A stretch of DNA of 64,000 nt from an uncultured Candidatus Rokubacteria bacterium. GTDB lineage: Bacteria; Methylomirabilota; Methylomirabilia; Rokubacteriales; CSP1-6. Shown piece after piece: positions 1-9,533 of this stretch. Each line of letters begins with the position of its first letter. Position 1 is the first letter of the stretch. Both the position numbers and the translations under genes were made by a program. The DNA lies in NCBI GenBank assembly GCA_963762145.1, contig CAVXJS010000009.1, positions 672,001 through 736,000 of the forward strand, read 5' to 3'. The notes beneath the pieces are model-generated. The model made no database searches. It had not been told where the DNA came from and saw only the letters and a list, made by a program, of their open reading frames with translations.

Positions 1-350
1 AGGAGTCCGGACGTCCGGAAGCGCGCCGTCATACGATCGCTCCTCATCCGGGAGAGGCCGTCACCCTGGGCGGCCGCGCTCTCGCGGCCAAGGCGTCCCG
101 GCGTTGCGAAGAGCGGCTGGTGGGTCAGCTTAGGCGGGAGCACGAGGATACTTCCGACCCGCATGATCGCCTTCCGGCCCGTCCGGTTGAGTCGGAGGAG
201 TTCCTCCACGCTCGTGCGGTAGCGAGGAGCGATGGCGGCAAGCGTCTCTCCTGGGCGGACTTGGTGACACCGGGCAGGCCCGGCTCCAGCGTTGGTTGAC
301 CCCAGTACGCAGATCCCCAGCGACACCACGAGTACACCCCGCACGCTCAT
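1..350 (-). CDS. Secreted LysM-domain protein, possibly followed by a DUF5715-like domain; runs off the window
   Basis: Manual translation from ATG 350: MSVRGVLVVSLGICVLGSTNAGAGPARC-HQVRPGETLAAIAPRYRTSVEELLRLN...LVLP (signal peptide + LysM); frame stays open to position 1. Not in the ORF track. Confidence 0.75.
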   Translation of the reverse strand, partial: MSVRGVLVVSLGICVLGSTNAGAGPARCHQVRPGETLAAIAPRYRTSVEELLRLNRTGRKAIMRVGSILVLPPKLTHQPLFATPGRLGRESAAAQGDGLSRMRSDRMTARFRTSGL

Positions 351-448
351 CGCGCGTCGTGCTTAGACGACACAGTCTGATCTTCCACTTTGCCGGTGCA
401 CTGGGCGCAGATTGGCGCCAAGTGCGTCACGACCGCTTTCCCCTACAG

Positions 449-1269
449 TCAACACTCGCTTTCCGTTTTCCATGTTCCATGGAAACTCCAGGCAAACGCG
501 ATCTGTGCCAAGAGATCGATGGCCGCCGAGCGATCGATGACCCAGTAAGATCCCGCACTCATGCCGGTTCGCTGCCCCACGTGTACCGCATAGCCCTGCT
601 TGCGAAGCGCCCGGTGGGCGTCCTCCTCGGCGTCGTCATCGCCGAGGTATACGACGGTCGGCTGAGCTTGCCCGTCGCACGCCGATTGTTCCAGAATCCA
701 ACGTGCCATAAAGCTTAGCGGGCAACCCACGTCCGGAAATAGGTCTACGGCAACCTCGGACCGCCACACTCGGAACTCCGCCGCGCACGTGCGCCTCAGC
801 TGCTCGGCCTGGGCGACGATCGCGGCCAATGGCAAAGGATCCGCTCGGCGAACATGGACCGTGACGCCCAATTCCCTGATCTCTACTTCTACATCGGAGA
901 GCGGGGCGAAGCAGTCGGACAGCTTTTGAGCCAAGAGCGGCAGCATTTCCCTCATTCCCACAGCGACAGGATGACAAAAGGTGATTCCTGCCCCTCGAAT
1001 CTGAAGTCCCCGGCATCCGGCATAGATGACGCCCGGCACATTGAGTTGAGCTTCCAGGTCGCACGCATCATGTCCTGAGACTATGGCGACGCGGGTATGC
1101 GGCGTTGCCGCGAGCGCCACCGAAGCGCAACACGTCGATCCGGTACGCTAGAGGAGAGCGTGCTGTCATGATCCGCGAAAAGAAGCAGTCCCCCTCGTGC
1201 GCGAGCTTCTTGCACAATCCGCTGCGCCAGCCGCCTGGGGTCCGCTGGCTCCCTCACCTCATTGGCCAC
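449..1269 (-). pseudogene. otsB: Trehalose-6-phosphate phosphatase (OtsB)-like HAD protein, frameshifted and degenerate
   Basis: LLLFADHDSTL (motif I) in ORF 1081-1293 continues after a frameshift near 1120 into VAIVSGH...YAGCRGL...TVHVR...VYLGDDDAEEDA. Confidence 0.65.
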
Positions 1270-1283
1270 GTGACCACCTCCGG

Positions 1284-1730
1284 TCACCACCAACTTGCAG
1301 GACCTGGCTCTCGGCGCCCAACCGTCGGGGTCGCCTGGCTGAGCGATGCTCGCAACACCTCAAGCAATCGGGCGACCCTGAACGGCTTGTCCATGTAGCA
1401 AGTTGCACCGAGCTTCAGCGCCTCGGCTTCGACCTCCGAACCTCCGAAGGCCGTAACGAACACCACGGGCGTACTCGGGAGGCGCCGTCTGATGTACGAC
1501 AGAAGATCGAGCCCGTTCGCCCCCGCCACTTCCTTGTCCAAGACGATGGCATCAGGGGTCCAGCCCTCGAGCAACGGCACTAGCCCATCCCCCGAAGCAT
1601 GCTCGCGCACGTGGAAGCCATCGCGTCCCAAGACGTCTCGCAAGAGCGCCCGCATTTCGGCGTCATCATCCACGATCATTACGCTCGGCCGTCGACCCAC
1701 GTTCAAACCCATAGCCTCATGGCTCGCCAT
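1284..1730 (-). CDS. Single-domain response regulator (receiver)
   Basis: VMIVDDD...IVLDKEV...FVTAFG...YMDKPF; start uncertain. Confidence 0.85.
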   Translation of the reverse strand: MASHEAMGLNVGRRPSVMIVDDDAEMRALLRDVLGRDGFHVREHASGDGLVPLLEGWTPDAIVLDKEVAGANGLDLLSYIRRRLPSTPVVFVTAFGGSEVEAEALKLGATCYMDKPFRVARLLEVLRASLSQATPTVGRREPGPASWW

Positions 1731-1751
1731 TTCGTCCACCATTCACGCCCT

Positions 1752-1767
1752 TGCAACCGCTGGACCA
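1752..1767 (-). promoter_or_regulatory. sigma54 -24/-12 promoter
   Basis: TGGTCCAGCGGTTGCA (GG-N10-GC) on the minus strand just upstream of the receiver gene. Confidence 0.65.
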
Positions 1768-1864
1768 CTCGCCCCTCATTGGCGTTAGGTACCGTAGGCT
1801 AGGCACTTGCTCCGCTTTTTTCTGGCCGGGCGAGGCATCAACGACCGTTGCGACAAACAGGTGG

Positions 1865-1895
1865 GACAACTTGTCGCCTTCAGTGACAGTTTGAC
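1865..1895. promoter_or_regulatory. Tandem enhancer (UAS) for a sigma54 activator
   Basis: GACAACTTGTC (1865-1875) and GACAGTTTGAC (1885-1895), about 100 bp from the -24 box; same motif at 4966-4995. Confidence 0.6.
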
Positions 1896-1990
1896 GGGAC
1901 CTGACTCAGGCTGGCTCAGGCGATACCGACCGGCTGGGTCGGGGTCAATCTAGACTCTTCCTGATTCGGGCTAGCGCACCGACATCCCGG

Positions 1991-3319
1991 TTAGTCTTCC
2001 TTGAACCTCCGCTGGAGTGTCCGTACTGACACTCCCAGAACCTTCGCCGCGGCCACCAGGTCTCCCCGCACCTCTTCGAGTATGCGTCGTACATACTGCC
2101 CTTGAAGTTCTGCCAACGTGGGTCGAAGCGCAGGGTTGGCATGGCCCATCGTGAACTCCGTGCCGAGATCCAGCCGCGTAATTCTGGCCTCATGCGCCAG
2201 CACGACCGCTCGTTCGACTACGTTCTCAAGCTCCCTGACATTTCCCGGCCAGGTGTGACGTTCCATCCACTGTACTGCCGTATCGTCGAATCCCTCGATG
2301 TCCTTCCCGAGGCGCGCCGCAGTCTCCCGTAAGTAATGCTCGGCGACTAGCATGATGTCCTCCGGCCGCTCGCGAAGGGCTGGCAGTCGGATTGGAATCA
2401 CCGCCAGACGATAGTAGAGATCCTCGCGAAACCTGCCATCCTTGACCATGGCGGGGAGATCCTTGTTTGTGGCGGTCAGGATCCGAAGATCTAGCTGCAC
2501 CGGCACCGTCCCTCCGAGTGGACGGACAACCCGATCCTGGAGTACGCGGAGGAGCTTGGCCTGAGTGGCCAGGGGCATATCACCGACTTCATCCAGGAAC
2601 AACGTTCCCCCGCTGGCGGCGGCAAACAGGCCCTCTCGCCGGCGATCAGCTCCGGTGAACGCACCCTTCTCGTGGCCGAACAGCTCGGACTCCAGCAGAG
2701 TCTCTGGCACCGCCGCGCAATTCACCGCCACGAACGGCCCACTGCGCCGCGCGCTCGCCCAGTGTATCGCCCGAGCCACGAGCTCCTTCCCGGTTCCACT
2801 CTCTCCCAACAGCAGAATCGAGGAGTCGCTCTCGGCTACCGCACGGATCTGGCCCACGGTCTGCTGCATGATCCTCGAACGTCCCAGGATCCGGTCTAGG
2901 CCCTGGTCCCGCTCGACCACCGCGCGCAACCGTTCATTCTCCCGGCGCAGACGGTAATCGTCGAGCGCTCGCCGCACGGCCGCCGTGACTGCGGCCAGCT
3001 TGAACGGTTTCGTCAGATAGTCATGGGCGCCCTGGCGCATGGCTTCAATCGCGGTTTCCAGGGTTCCAAACGCCGTCATCAGAATGACGCGAGGAGCGGG
3101 ACGGCACCGACCGGCACGGGAAAGGACCTCGAGACCCCCGACCTCGCCCATGACGAGGTCCGTGACCACCACGTCAAACCGCTGGGATTCAAGCGCCTTC
3201 AATGCAGCCCGACCGCCGGTCGCGGTCACGACGGCTACGGCCTCGGTCTCGAGGTGGCGCGCGAGCATGGATGTCATGTCCTCATCGTCGTCGACGACAA
3301 GGACCCGGTGCACCGTCAT
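1991..3319 (-). CDS. sigma54-dependent response regulator (REC-AAA+-Fis HTH; AtoC/ZraR-like)
   Basis: [25 protein letters not shown]-terminal HTH. Confidence 0.95.
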   Translation of the reverse strand: MTVHRVLVVDDDEDMTSMLARHLETEAVAVVTATGGRAALKALESQRFDVVVTDLVMGEVGGLEVLSRAGRCRPAPRVILMTAFGTLETAIEAMRQGAHDYLTKPFKLAAVTAAVRRALDDYRLRRENERLRAVVERDQGLDRILGRSRIMQQTVGQIRAVAESDSSILLLGESGTGKELVARAIHWASARRSGPFVAVNCAAVPETLLESELFGHEKGAFTGADRRREGLFAAASGGTLFLDEVGDMPLATQAKLLRVLQDRVVRPLGGTVPVQLDLRILTATNKDLPAMVKDGRFREDLYYRLAVIPIRLPALRERPEDIMLVAEHYLRETAARLGKDIEGFDDTAVQWMERHTWPGNVRELENVVERAVVLAHEARITRLDLGTEFTMGHANPALRPTLAELQGQYVRRILEEVRGDLVAAAKVLGVSVRTLQRRFKED

Positions 3320-4809
3320 GCCACAACCTCGTAAGTGGGAAGCCAGACCGTGAATGTCGTCCCGTGCCCAGGGCGGCTTTGCGCGACAATGGTCCCCTCG
3401 TGATCTCGCACGATGTCCCGGGCGATGGCGAGACCCAGTCCAGTACCCTGACCCGCTGGCTTGGTTGTATAGAACGCCTCGAAGACCTGCCCTAACGCGT
3501 CAGGTGGAATGCCCATGCCGGTGTCGGTCACCTCCACCGAAACACCGGCACGCCCATCGTTTGCGCACGGCCGAGCACTGATCCCGATTTGCCCATTGGG
3601 TGAAGTGGCCTCAACCGCGTTCATGAGGAGGTTGATGAACACCTGCTGGAGCCGAGCAGAATCGCCGGCGACGTCACTCACGTCCTCACGGATACTCGTG
3701 GTTATGGAGATCCCGCGCTTACGCGTCACGTGCTCCAGCAACAGCAGCAAACGACTCATCAGTAGCTCGATCGGCACACGTTGAATTTCCAGCTTGCCGA
3801 GTCGAACCGAATCGAGAAGTGAGCGCACAATGTTCGACACTCGGTCGATCTGGTGAATTATTCGTTCGAGATCCTGCCGCCCAGGATGCGCGGGTGGGAG
3901 CGATCGCAACACAATCTCGGCCCGACCGGAAATGATATTCAGCGGCGTGCCGACCTCGTGCGCAATGCCCGAAGCGAGTTTTCCGGCCACCGCCAGCGTC
4001 TCTGAGCGGCGCAACTGCTGCTCGAGGTCCAGTGCGTATTCGCCCTCAGCCACCACACGCTGACGTGCCTCTTCGAGCCGCTCTGTCATGCGGTTGAATG
4101 CGTCCGCCAGTTCCCCAAGCTCATCCTGCCGCTTCACCGGTAGGGGCGGTCCACGGCGGCCTTCGCCCAGGTCACGGATGGACCGGGCCAGGTCAGCCAA
4201 AGGGCGAAGAACTTGGCGCTGCAGCACCACGGCGATCAATGCGGCCAGCACGACCGTCAGTATGCCGACCCTCACCAGTACGTCGCGAACGGCTTGGCGC
4301 GCCATCGCTCTACCGTCTGGTGCGACAAAAGCAATCTCTAGAGCCGCCCAGCGAGTGCCCGAGCGACTCCGACCCACGGGTGCCAAGTATCGGACGGGTA
4401 AGATGAATACCACCCAGCTTCGACCATCACCATGGGTCTCCACCAGGCCGGGTGTGCCCGTCTCTATCGCCCGGGCAATGGCGTCCGATTGCGGAGCAAG
4501 AGTCACGGTTCGGACACTCGACGCGGCGAGGACTTGACCCTTCCTGTCGAGGAGGCGAATTCGATCGATCTCGCGTTGCCCGATGGTCAGGCTCTCAAGC
4601 AGGTCCGCAAGGTCGGTGAATTGTCGGACACGCAGGACGAGTGCGTTCTCCACGGCGATCTGTACTGTTCTTGCCATTCTCGCCGCTCGTTCTTGTTCGT
4701 CCTCAACCCGTGTGAGCACTTCCTGCTGCACTCGGACGACACTGTAAACACCGCTGACGAGCAGGAGCGGCAGCATGAGAAGCACAACCAGACGAAGTCG
4801 AAGCCCCAT
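3316..4809 (-). CDS. Membrane sensor histidine kinase with HAMP domain
   Basis: Two TM segments, HAMP, H-box AHEVGTPL, N/G1/F/G2 boxes; ATGA overlap with the regulator; start chosen at MGLRLRL. Confidence 0.93.
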   Translation of the reverse strand: MGLRLRLVVLLMLPLLLVSGVYSVVRVQQEVLTRVEDEQERAARMARTVQIAVENALVLRVRQFTDLADLLESLTIGQREIDRIRLLDRKGQVLAASSVRTVTLAPQSDAIARAIETGTPGLVETHGDGRSWVVFILPVRYLAPVGRSRSGTRWAALEIAFVAPDGRAMARQAVRDVLVRVGILTVVLAALIAVVLQRQVLRPLADLARSIRDLGEGRRGPPLPVKRQDELGELADAFNRMTERLEEARQRVVAEGEYALDLEQQLRRSETLAVAGKLASGIAHEVGTPLNIISGRAEIVLRSLPPAHPGRQDLERIIHQIDRVSNIVRSLLDSVRLGKLEIQRVPIELLMSRLLLLLEHVTRKRGISITTSIREDVSDVAGDSARLQQVFINLLMNAVEATSPNGQIGISARPCANDGRAGVSVEVTDTGMGIPPDALGQVFEAFYTTKPAGQGTGLGLAIARDIVRDHEGTIVAQSRPGHGTTFTVWLPTYEVVA

Positions 4810-4965
4810 CGATTTCGCGCCAATGATAGCGCCCGCTTGCACGGCGAGCAATTGTGGGTCAAAAGAGAGCGGGACTCGCCCCATGCGTTGCCAAAGAGAA
4901 TCGTCCCAAGAGGTGGCGATCCTAGCACGACGTATCGGCCGGCCTCCAGTGCGCGCACTTACCGT

Positions 4966-4995
4966 GACAAGTTGTCGCCGCCACGACAACTTGTC
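4966..4995. promoter_or_regulatory. Tandem enhancer (UAS) for a sigma54 activator
   Basis: Palindromes GACAAGTTGTC (4966-4976) and GACAACTTGTC (4985-4995). Confidence 0.65.
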
Positions 4996-5093
4996 CGGAG
5001 CAGTTCCTCCGTATTTTCGGCTGACCCCTTCACATCGCCCTCCAACTTCTAAGGATCTCGGCATCTATCTCGTCAAGGGCGGTCCGGGCCACT

Positions 5094-5109
5094 TGGCTTC
5101 TGGGTTGCA
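5094..5109 (+). promoter_or_regulatory. sigma54 -24/-12 promoter
   Basis: TGGCTTCTGGGTTGCA (GG-N10-GC), 99 bp downstream of the UAS pair and upstream of ORF 5216. Confidence 0.65.
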
Positions 5110-5215
5110 CCGACCACGGCGCCTTACGCTTTCGATGCCGGCACACTAGCATCCTGACGAGGAAGGATGGAGAGAAGGCTATGGCGAGGCCACCCGCCTT
5201 GCGGCAGCTGCTTCG

Positions 5216-5638
5216 ATGCATCAGCTCCTGATTTCGGTGGTGCTGGCGTTCTGTTTCTGGTTGGTTTTGGCCCCTAGACTCCTCTGGCTCGCCCTAGGAG
5301 TCCTGCCTCTCCTCACCTTGGGCGCTGCGCCCGTGTTGGCAGGAAACCTAGTTCGCGTTTCCGGGCAAACCCATAGCCTTGCACCTTCTGACGATGTCCT
5401 CGTCCTCACGGTGCTTGGGGCCAACGGGTTGGAGGAGATGGTGTCGGTCAGCGTCCGCAACGCCACGGTCGTCCGGCTCTGGCGGGATAAGGACCGCCAC
5501 TGGGAATGGCGCGAGAGGCCCACGAGTCTCTACTGGTTGCCGAGCAAGACGTTCGTGACGGTAATCGGTCGAGAGGACCCCTCGGGAACTATCCGAGCCG
5601 GCCGAATCGAAGTGCCCGACCTGGACTACTTACACTAG
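5216..5638 (+). CDS. Hypothetical membrane-anchored or exported beta-rich protein
   Basis: Hydrophobic N-terminus; beta-strand-like C-terminus ending FVTVIGRE...IRAGRIEV. Confidence 0.6.
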   Translation: MHQLLISVVLAFCFWLVLAPRLLWLALGVLPLLTLGAAPVLAGNLVRVSGQTHSLAPSDDVLVLTVLGANGLEEMVSVSVRNATVVRLWRDKDRHWEWRERPTSLYWLPSKTFVTVIGREDPSGTIRAGRIEVPDLDYLH

Positions 5639-5649
5639 CGAGCAGAGCC

Positions 5650-5847
5650 ATGAGAGATACGACGACTGCACGGAATGGGTGGTTTGCTACGGGCCTCGTT
5701 CTAATTGGAATCGGAGCGGACAGACTCTTGAACGCCTATCTACTCGATCGCTGGACCAATTCGTCTATGCCACTTCTCAGTGGAGTTCTTAGCGCCGCGG
5801 TGGGAGGAGTGATCGTTGGGCTGGCTATCCATATGCGTACTCGTTAG
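5650..5847 (+). CDS. Small two-TM hypothetical protein
   Basis: ATG 12 bp after the previous stop; two hydrophobic segments. Confidence 0.45.
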   Translation: MRDTTTARNGWFATGLVLIGIGADRLLNAYLLDRWTNSSMPLLSGVLSAAVGGVIVGLAIHMRTR

Positions 5848-6076
5848 GGGACCGATGGTCGGCCCTGAAGTACCTGTATTTCTCGACGCATACTCTGCCT
5901 CGCTCCGAACCGTTCCTCCACCCATCCGCGCGGTCGATCAGAGCGTACGGATAGAACACTCGCGTACAGCTGGGTCCCGGCGATGAGGGCTCACGCTGTT
6001 CGGACTCATCGACGAGGTGGTGGTTGCGGCCGCACGCAATGCACAGCAGATCGACACGACTTCACCACGGAGAGCC

Positions 6077-6583
6077 ATGGCTGACACTGACGATGAGGCG
6101 TCTGTTTGCCGAGTTTGTAGAGCCCTGATCAGCCTCGGTACACTCCGCTATCGAGGTCCAGGTGGAGACGTCCATGCACGATGCCATGAGGAGCGACGGC
6201 TAAGCGGCAGCGCGAGTATCCCCAAAGGACTCGTCCTCGTGCTCGACGACGACCCGCTGCTTCGCGAGCTGATCACGCGCGAGAACTACGCCATCCACAC
6301 AGCCTTGAATGGGCAAGAGGCACTTCAGCTAGTTGGCGAACACCACTACGATCTTATCCTGTGCAACGTCGATATCCTTGGCATGGACGGCGGCCGCGCC
6401 TTCTATAACGGACTACAGCATCAGCATCCGAGCGTCGTAACACGCGTCGCCTTCTTGACCGCGCATGGGCAACTCACTGAGTCCGCGGCGTTCGGTCCGC
6501 GGATCCTAAAGAAGCCGACCGATAGTCACGAGTTCCGCGCGACGTTGTCACTCATCATCGACCCCTTACGCTCGCCGAGTTAG
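6077..6583 (+). CDS. Zinc-finger (CxxC...HxxC) fused to an atypical receiver domain
   Basis: GGAGAG RBS; CRVC...VHARC followed by VLVLDDD...ILCNVD...LKKP. Confidence 0.65.
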   Translation: MADTDDEASVCRVCRALISLGTLRYRGPGGDVHARCHEERRLSGSASIPKGLVLVLDDDPLLRELITRENYAIHTALNGQEALQLVGEHHYDLILCNVDILGMDGGRAFYNGLQHQHPSVVTRVAFLTAHGQLTESAAFGPRILKKPTDSHEFRATLSLIIDPLRSPS

Positions 6584-6728
6584 GGCGCATCCCTGTCCAA
6601 GTCTTTCATAGGCCACAGACCATCGTCGAGGCCTCACGTAGACCGTTGGTCATCCTCATTCTTGATCGCTGCCTGGTCGCGTGTGGACGCTAGCGCAAGA
6701 GAAGTAGCCCAGAAGCAGACCGGGTCAC

Positions 6729-7669
6729 CTACGAAGAGCACGCTCCACGGCAACGGCCGTCAGCAGCATCGCGACGCCGAACTGTGCGCCCTCGGCGAAC
6801 GGGTTCAGCGCCGCGGGCCTTCATCCCGACGGTGACGAAGAACACCGGAACGAGGAGGTCGGCGATCGGCTTGATGCGCTCCTCGATGTGCGCCCGCCGC
6901 TCCGTCGTGGCGAGGACCAGCCCCGCCGCGAACCCCCCGATGATCGTCGCCAGGCCGATCAGGTCCGCGACGGCGGCCAGCGCGACCGCGAAGACCACCG
7001 AGTACACGATGAGCGTGCCCCGCGCCCGCAGCCGCCCGACCCAGCGGACCAGCGTCGGGGCCAGCCGGACTCCGACCAAGATCGCCGCGACCAGGAAGAT
7101 GACGGCCTTCGCCGCGAGCAGGCCGACCGCGCCGAGGGACACGCTCCCCGTCTGCGCGACCCCAGTCACGACCGCCAGGATGATCAGCCCGAGGATGTCA
7201 TCCACGACGGCCGCGCCGAGCACCACTTTCGCGGCGCTGTCACCGAGACGGCACAGGTCCGCGAGCACGCGCGCCGTGATGCCCACGCTGGTCGCGGTGA
7301 ACGTCGCGCCGACAAAGACAGCCAGGAGCGCGGGGTGGCCGAGTCACGACATGACACCGTAGCCGACCGCGAACGGCACCGCCACGCCGACCAGGGCGAC
7401 GAGTGTCGCCTGAGGGCCGGCCCGCAGCAGCTCGCCGAGGTCGGACTCCGAGGCCGACCTCGAACAGGAGGATCAGGACGCCGAGCTCGGCCAAGGCGTG
7501 GAGCGCCCCTGCGACTCGTGGACGAGACCCAGCACGCCGGGACCGATGAGCACCCCGCCAGCAGCTCGCCCAGGACGGCGGTCTGGCCGACCCGCTCCAT
7601 GGCCTCGCCGGCCACCTTGGCGGCAAGCCAGACCAGCACCAGGCCCAGCAGCAGGTCACGGAACTCCAC
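6729..7669 (-). pseudogene. Cation:proton antiporter (CPA2/NapA-like), multiply frameshifted and 3'-truncated
   Basis: GQTAVLGELLAG; LAELGVLILLFEVGL; GAAVVDDILG; PVFFVTVG in different frames; C-terminal helices absent. Confidence 0.8.
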
Positions 7670-7687
7670 TGTGGCTTCGCGCGGCGA

Positions 7688-8029
7688 TCAGCTCGACGCC
7701 AACGCCGCGCACCGCGTCTTCAGCTCGGCGAGCGTGCCGGCGTCCCTCACGAACTCGACGGCGGCGCCCAGCGGCGTCGCGGCGAGACTGCCGGGCTCGG
7801 CGCCGCGCGTCAGCCAGGCGAGCACGCGCTGGCCCTCCGGACCGTCCAGGTCGCATGCGAAGATGCGGTCGGAGCGGAAGCCCATCAGCCTTGGGGCCTC
7901 GATCGTCAGCATGCCCCCCTTGAAACCGCCCTTCTCGTGGTTAACGACGACCTTCTCGCCGCCGCCGAGGATGATCTGGCAGTACGCGCCGGCCCTGGGA
8001 TCGGTGACAAAGCGTCCAACTTTCGGCAT
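7688..8029 (-). CDS. Hypothetical protein
   Basis: GGAGG RBS before MPKVGRFVTDPRAGAYCQ; strong GC3 codon bias. Confidence 0.7.
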   Translation of the reverse strand: MPKVGRFVTDPRAGAYCQIILGGGEKVVVNHEKGGFKGGMLTIEAPRLMGFRSDRIFACDLDGPEGQRVLAWLTRGAEPGSLAATPLGAAVEFVRDAGTLAELKTRCAALASS

Positions 8030-8209
8030 GGTCGCCTCCCTCAGAAGAGCCATTTGACGATGGTGATGGGCGTGAGCGCGATCACGAGCATGGTCCACTA
8101 ACCACCATTCCCTCGTATCCCTGCTCCATTCCCTGGACCAGCCACGCCAACCCGGAGTGATGGACATGGGCAGACCCCCGCCACGGGAGCCGCCGAACAC
8201 GGAGCGGGA

Positions 8210-8530
8210 CTAGTGGGGGTCTTCGGAAGGGGGCGCGGGATCGTACTGCGCCCGATACTGCCAACTGACGACGGGCCGCGCGCGCCGCTCAGGCGAACTG
8301 ACGTGCGCCAGCCGTTTATCGCCTTCGCGCGGTGGTTGGAAGAGGAGGGGCCCTGGATCGGGCGCCAAGGCGGGCAGCCCGACGATCTCGGCCACGGCAC
8401 GAGCGCGGACCTGCGTGCTTTCGGCTGAGTCTGCGGGCTCGAACACGAAGGCTCCCGGCATCGCGGGGAGCGACAGGTCGAGCGTCACGTAGATGAGGAT
8501 CGCGAGGACGAGGGACCGCCGATGCCTCAT
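8210..8530 (-). CDS. Hypothetical protein with N-terminal signal/TM segment
   Basis: MRHRRSLVLAILIYVTLDLSLPAMPGAF...SEDPH; TAGAAT -10-like box just upstream. Confidence 0.6.
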   Translation of the reverse strand: MRHRRSLVLAILIYVTLDLSLPAMPGAFVFEPADSAESTQVRARAVAEIVGLPALAPDPGPLLFQPPREGDKRLAHVSSPERRARPVVSWQYRAQYDPAPPSEDPH

Positions 8531-8652
8531 GCGCCTATTCTAACTCACGCGCTGCCTCTAGCGGCAAACCCGCAACCGAGGGGGCGCGTTGGGTCGCCGG
8601 ACCATCTCTAGGATCAAGCCTAACGCATCCGCTCGAGTCGACCCTCTACGGC

Positions 8653-8674
8653 TTCTGGTTCCATTCTGGTTCCA
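8653..8674. repeat. Tandem 11-bp direct repeat, possible integrase arm-type site
   Basis: TTCTGGTTCCA twice; related TGGTTCCA at 8749-8756. Confidence 0.5.
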
Positions 8675-8711
8675 ACGCAGAGAGACGGAGGGCGACGCAG
8701 GCTGACGCTCG

Positions 8712-9292
8712 TCATGGCTGTTGCGTCTGGGTTCCGAGGTTTAGATCGTGGTTCCAGCATTTGCTTCCACGCCGCTCGGTCTTCGCCATCTCCCCGCGGA
8801 GGTGCTCCGGGCTCATGTGCGCGTACCGCATCGTCATCGCCAGCGAAGCGTGGTCCAAGATCTTTTGCAGGGCGGGCACAGATCCACCGCGCACCATGAA
8901 CCAGCTGGCGAAGTGGTAGCGGCATGCATGGAACCGGAACGGGCCCAGGCTCGCGGCCTCCACGGCGGCCTCGAAGCCGGCGCGGGTACTCCCCTCCGGC
9001 CGGAGGCGGCCCTCGCGCGCGCCCGGGCGCCTAACCAGCACATCGTAGACGCGCTGGCGCATCGGGATCTCCCGGCGCCGGCCGCCCTTCGTGATCTCGA
9101 GCCGGAGCACACCACGCGAGAGGCCACCCGATCCCACGTCAGCCCCTCGGCCTCGCTGCGCCGCATGCCGGTCTCGAGCGCCACCGTCACGAGGTCGGCT
9201 GGGTGCGGCAATGCCGACGCTTGCACGCCGCGATCAGGCGGCGCTCCTCGTCGCCTCGAGCCACCGGAGGTGGCCCTGCGGCTCCTTCTCAA
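8712..9292 (-). pseudogene. Tyrosine recombinase/integrase remnant (catalytic domain only)
   Basis: ALETGMRRSE then frameshift to TKGGRRREIP...FHACRYHFAS...LQKILDHASLAMTMRYAH. Confidence 0.85.
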
Positions 9293-9533
9293 GCCGGCTT
9301 CAGGAATGCTTCGACGTCCTCAAAGTGAACCGCCCACGGAAGCTGGCCCGGCGTTCAGCGCGATCGATATGGACTGGGATGTGGACCCCGACTGGGGGGA
9401 GGGCGGGCTGTCGATCTTGGCCCTTGCCGATGCTTGCGAAAATCACCATTCCACCGGGCCGGGAGCGACCCGCAGGCTCTCTCATCAGCACGAGGCCGAG
9501 GAAACACTCACAGTGGTCAGCAAAGGGGCCAGC

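Noticed and set aside
405-419. TGGCGCCAATCTGC as a sigma54 promoter for the LysM gene
   Set aside because: GG-to-GC spacing is 9, not the required 10.
8085-8100. GGTCCACTA half-site upstream of ORF 8029
   Set aside because: Other half absent and no -10 box at the expected spacing.
8560-8700. tRNA or att core next to the integrase remnant
   Set aside because: No cloverleaf or T-loop/CCA signature recognised.
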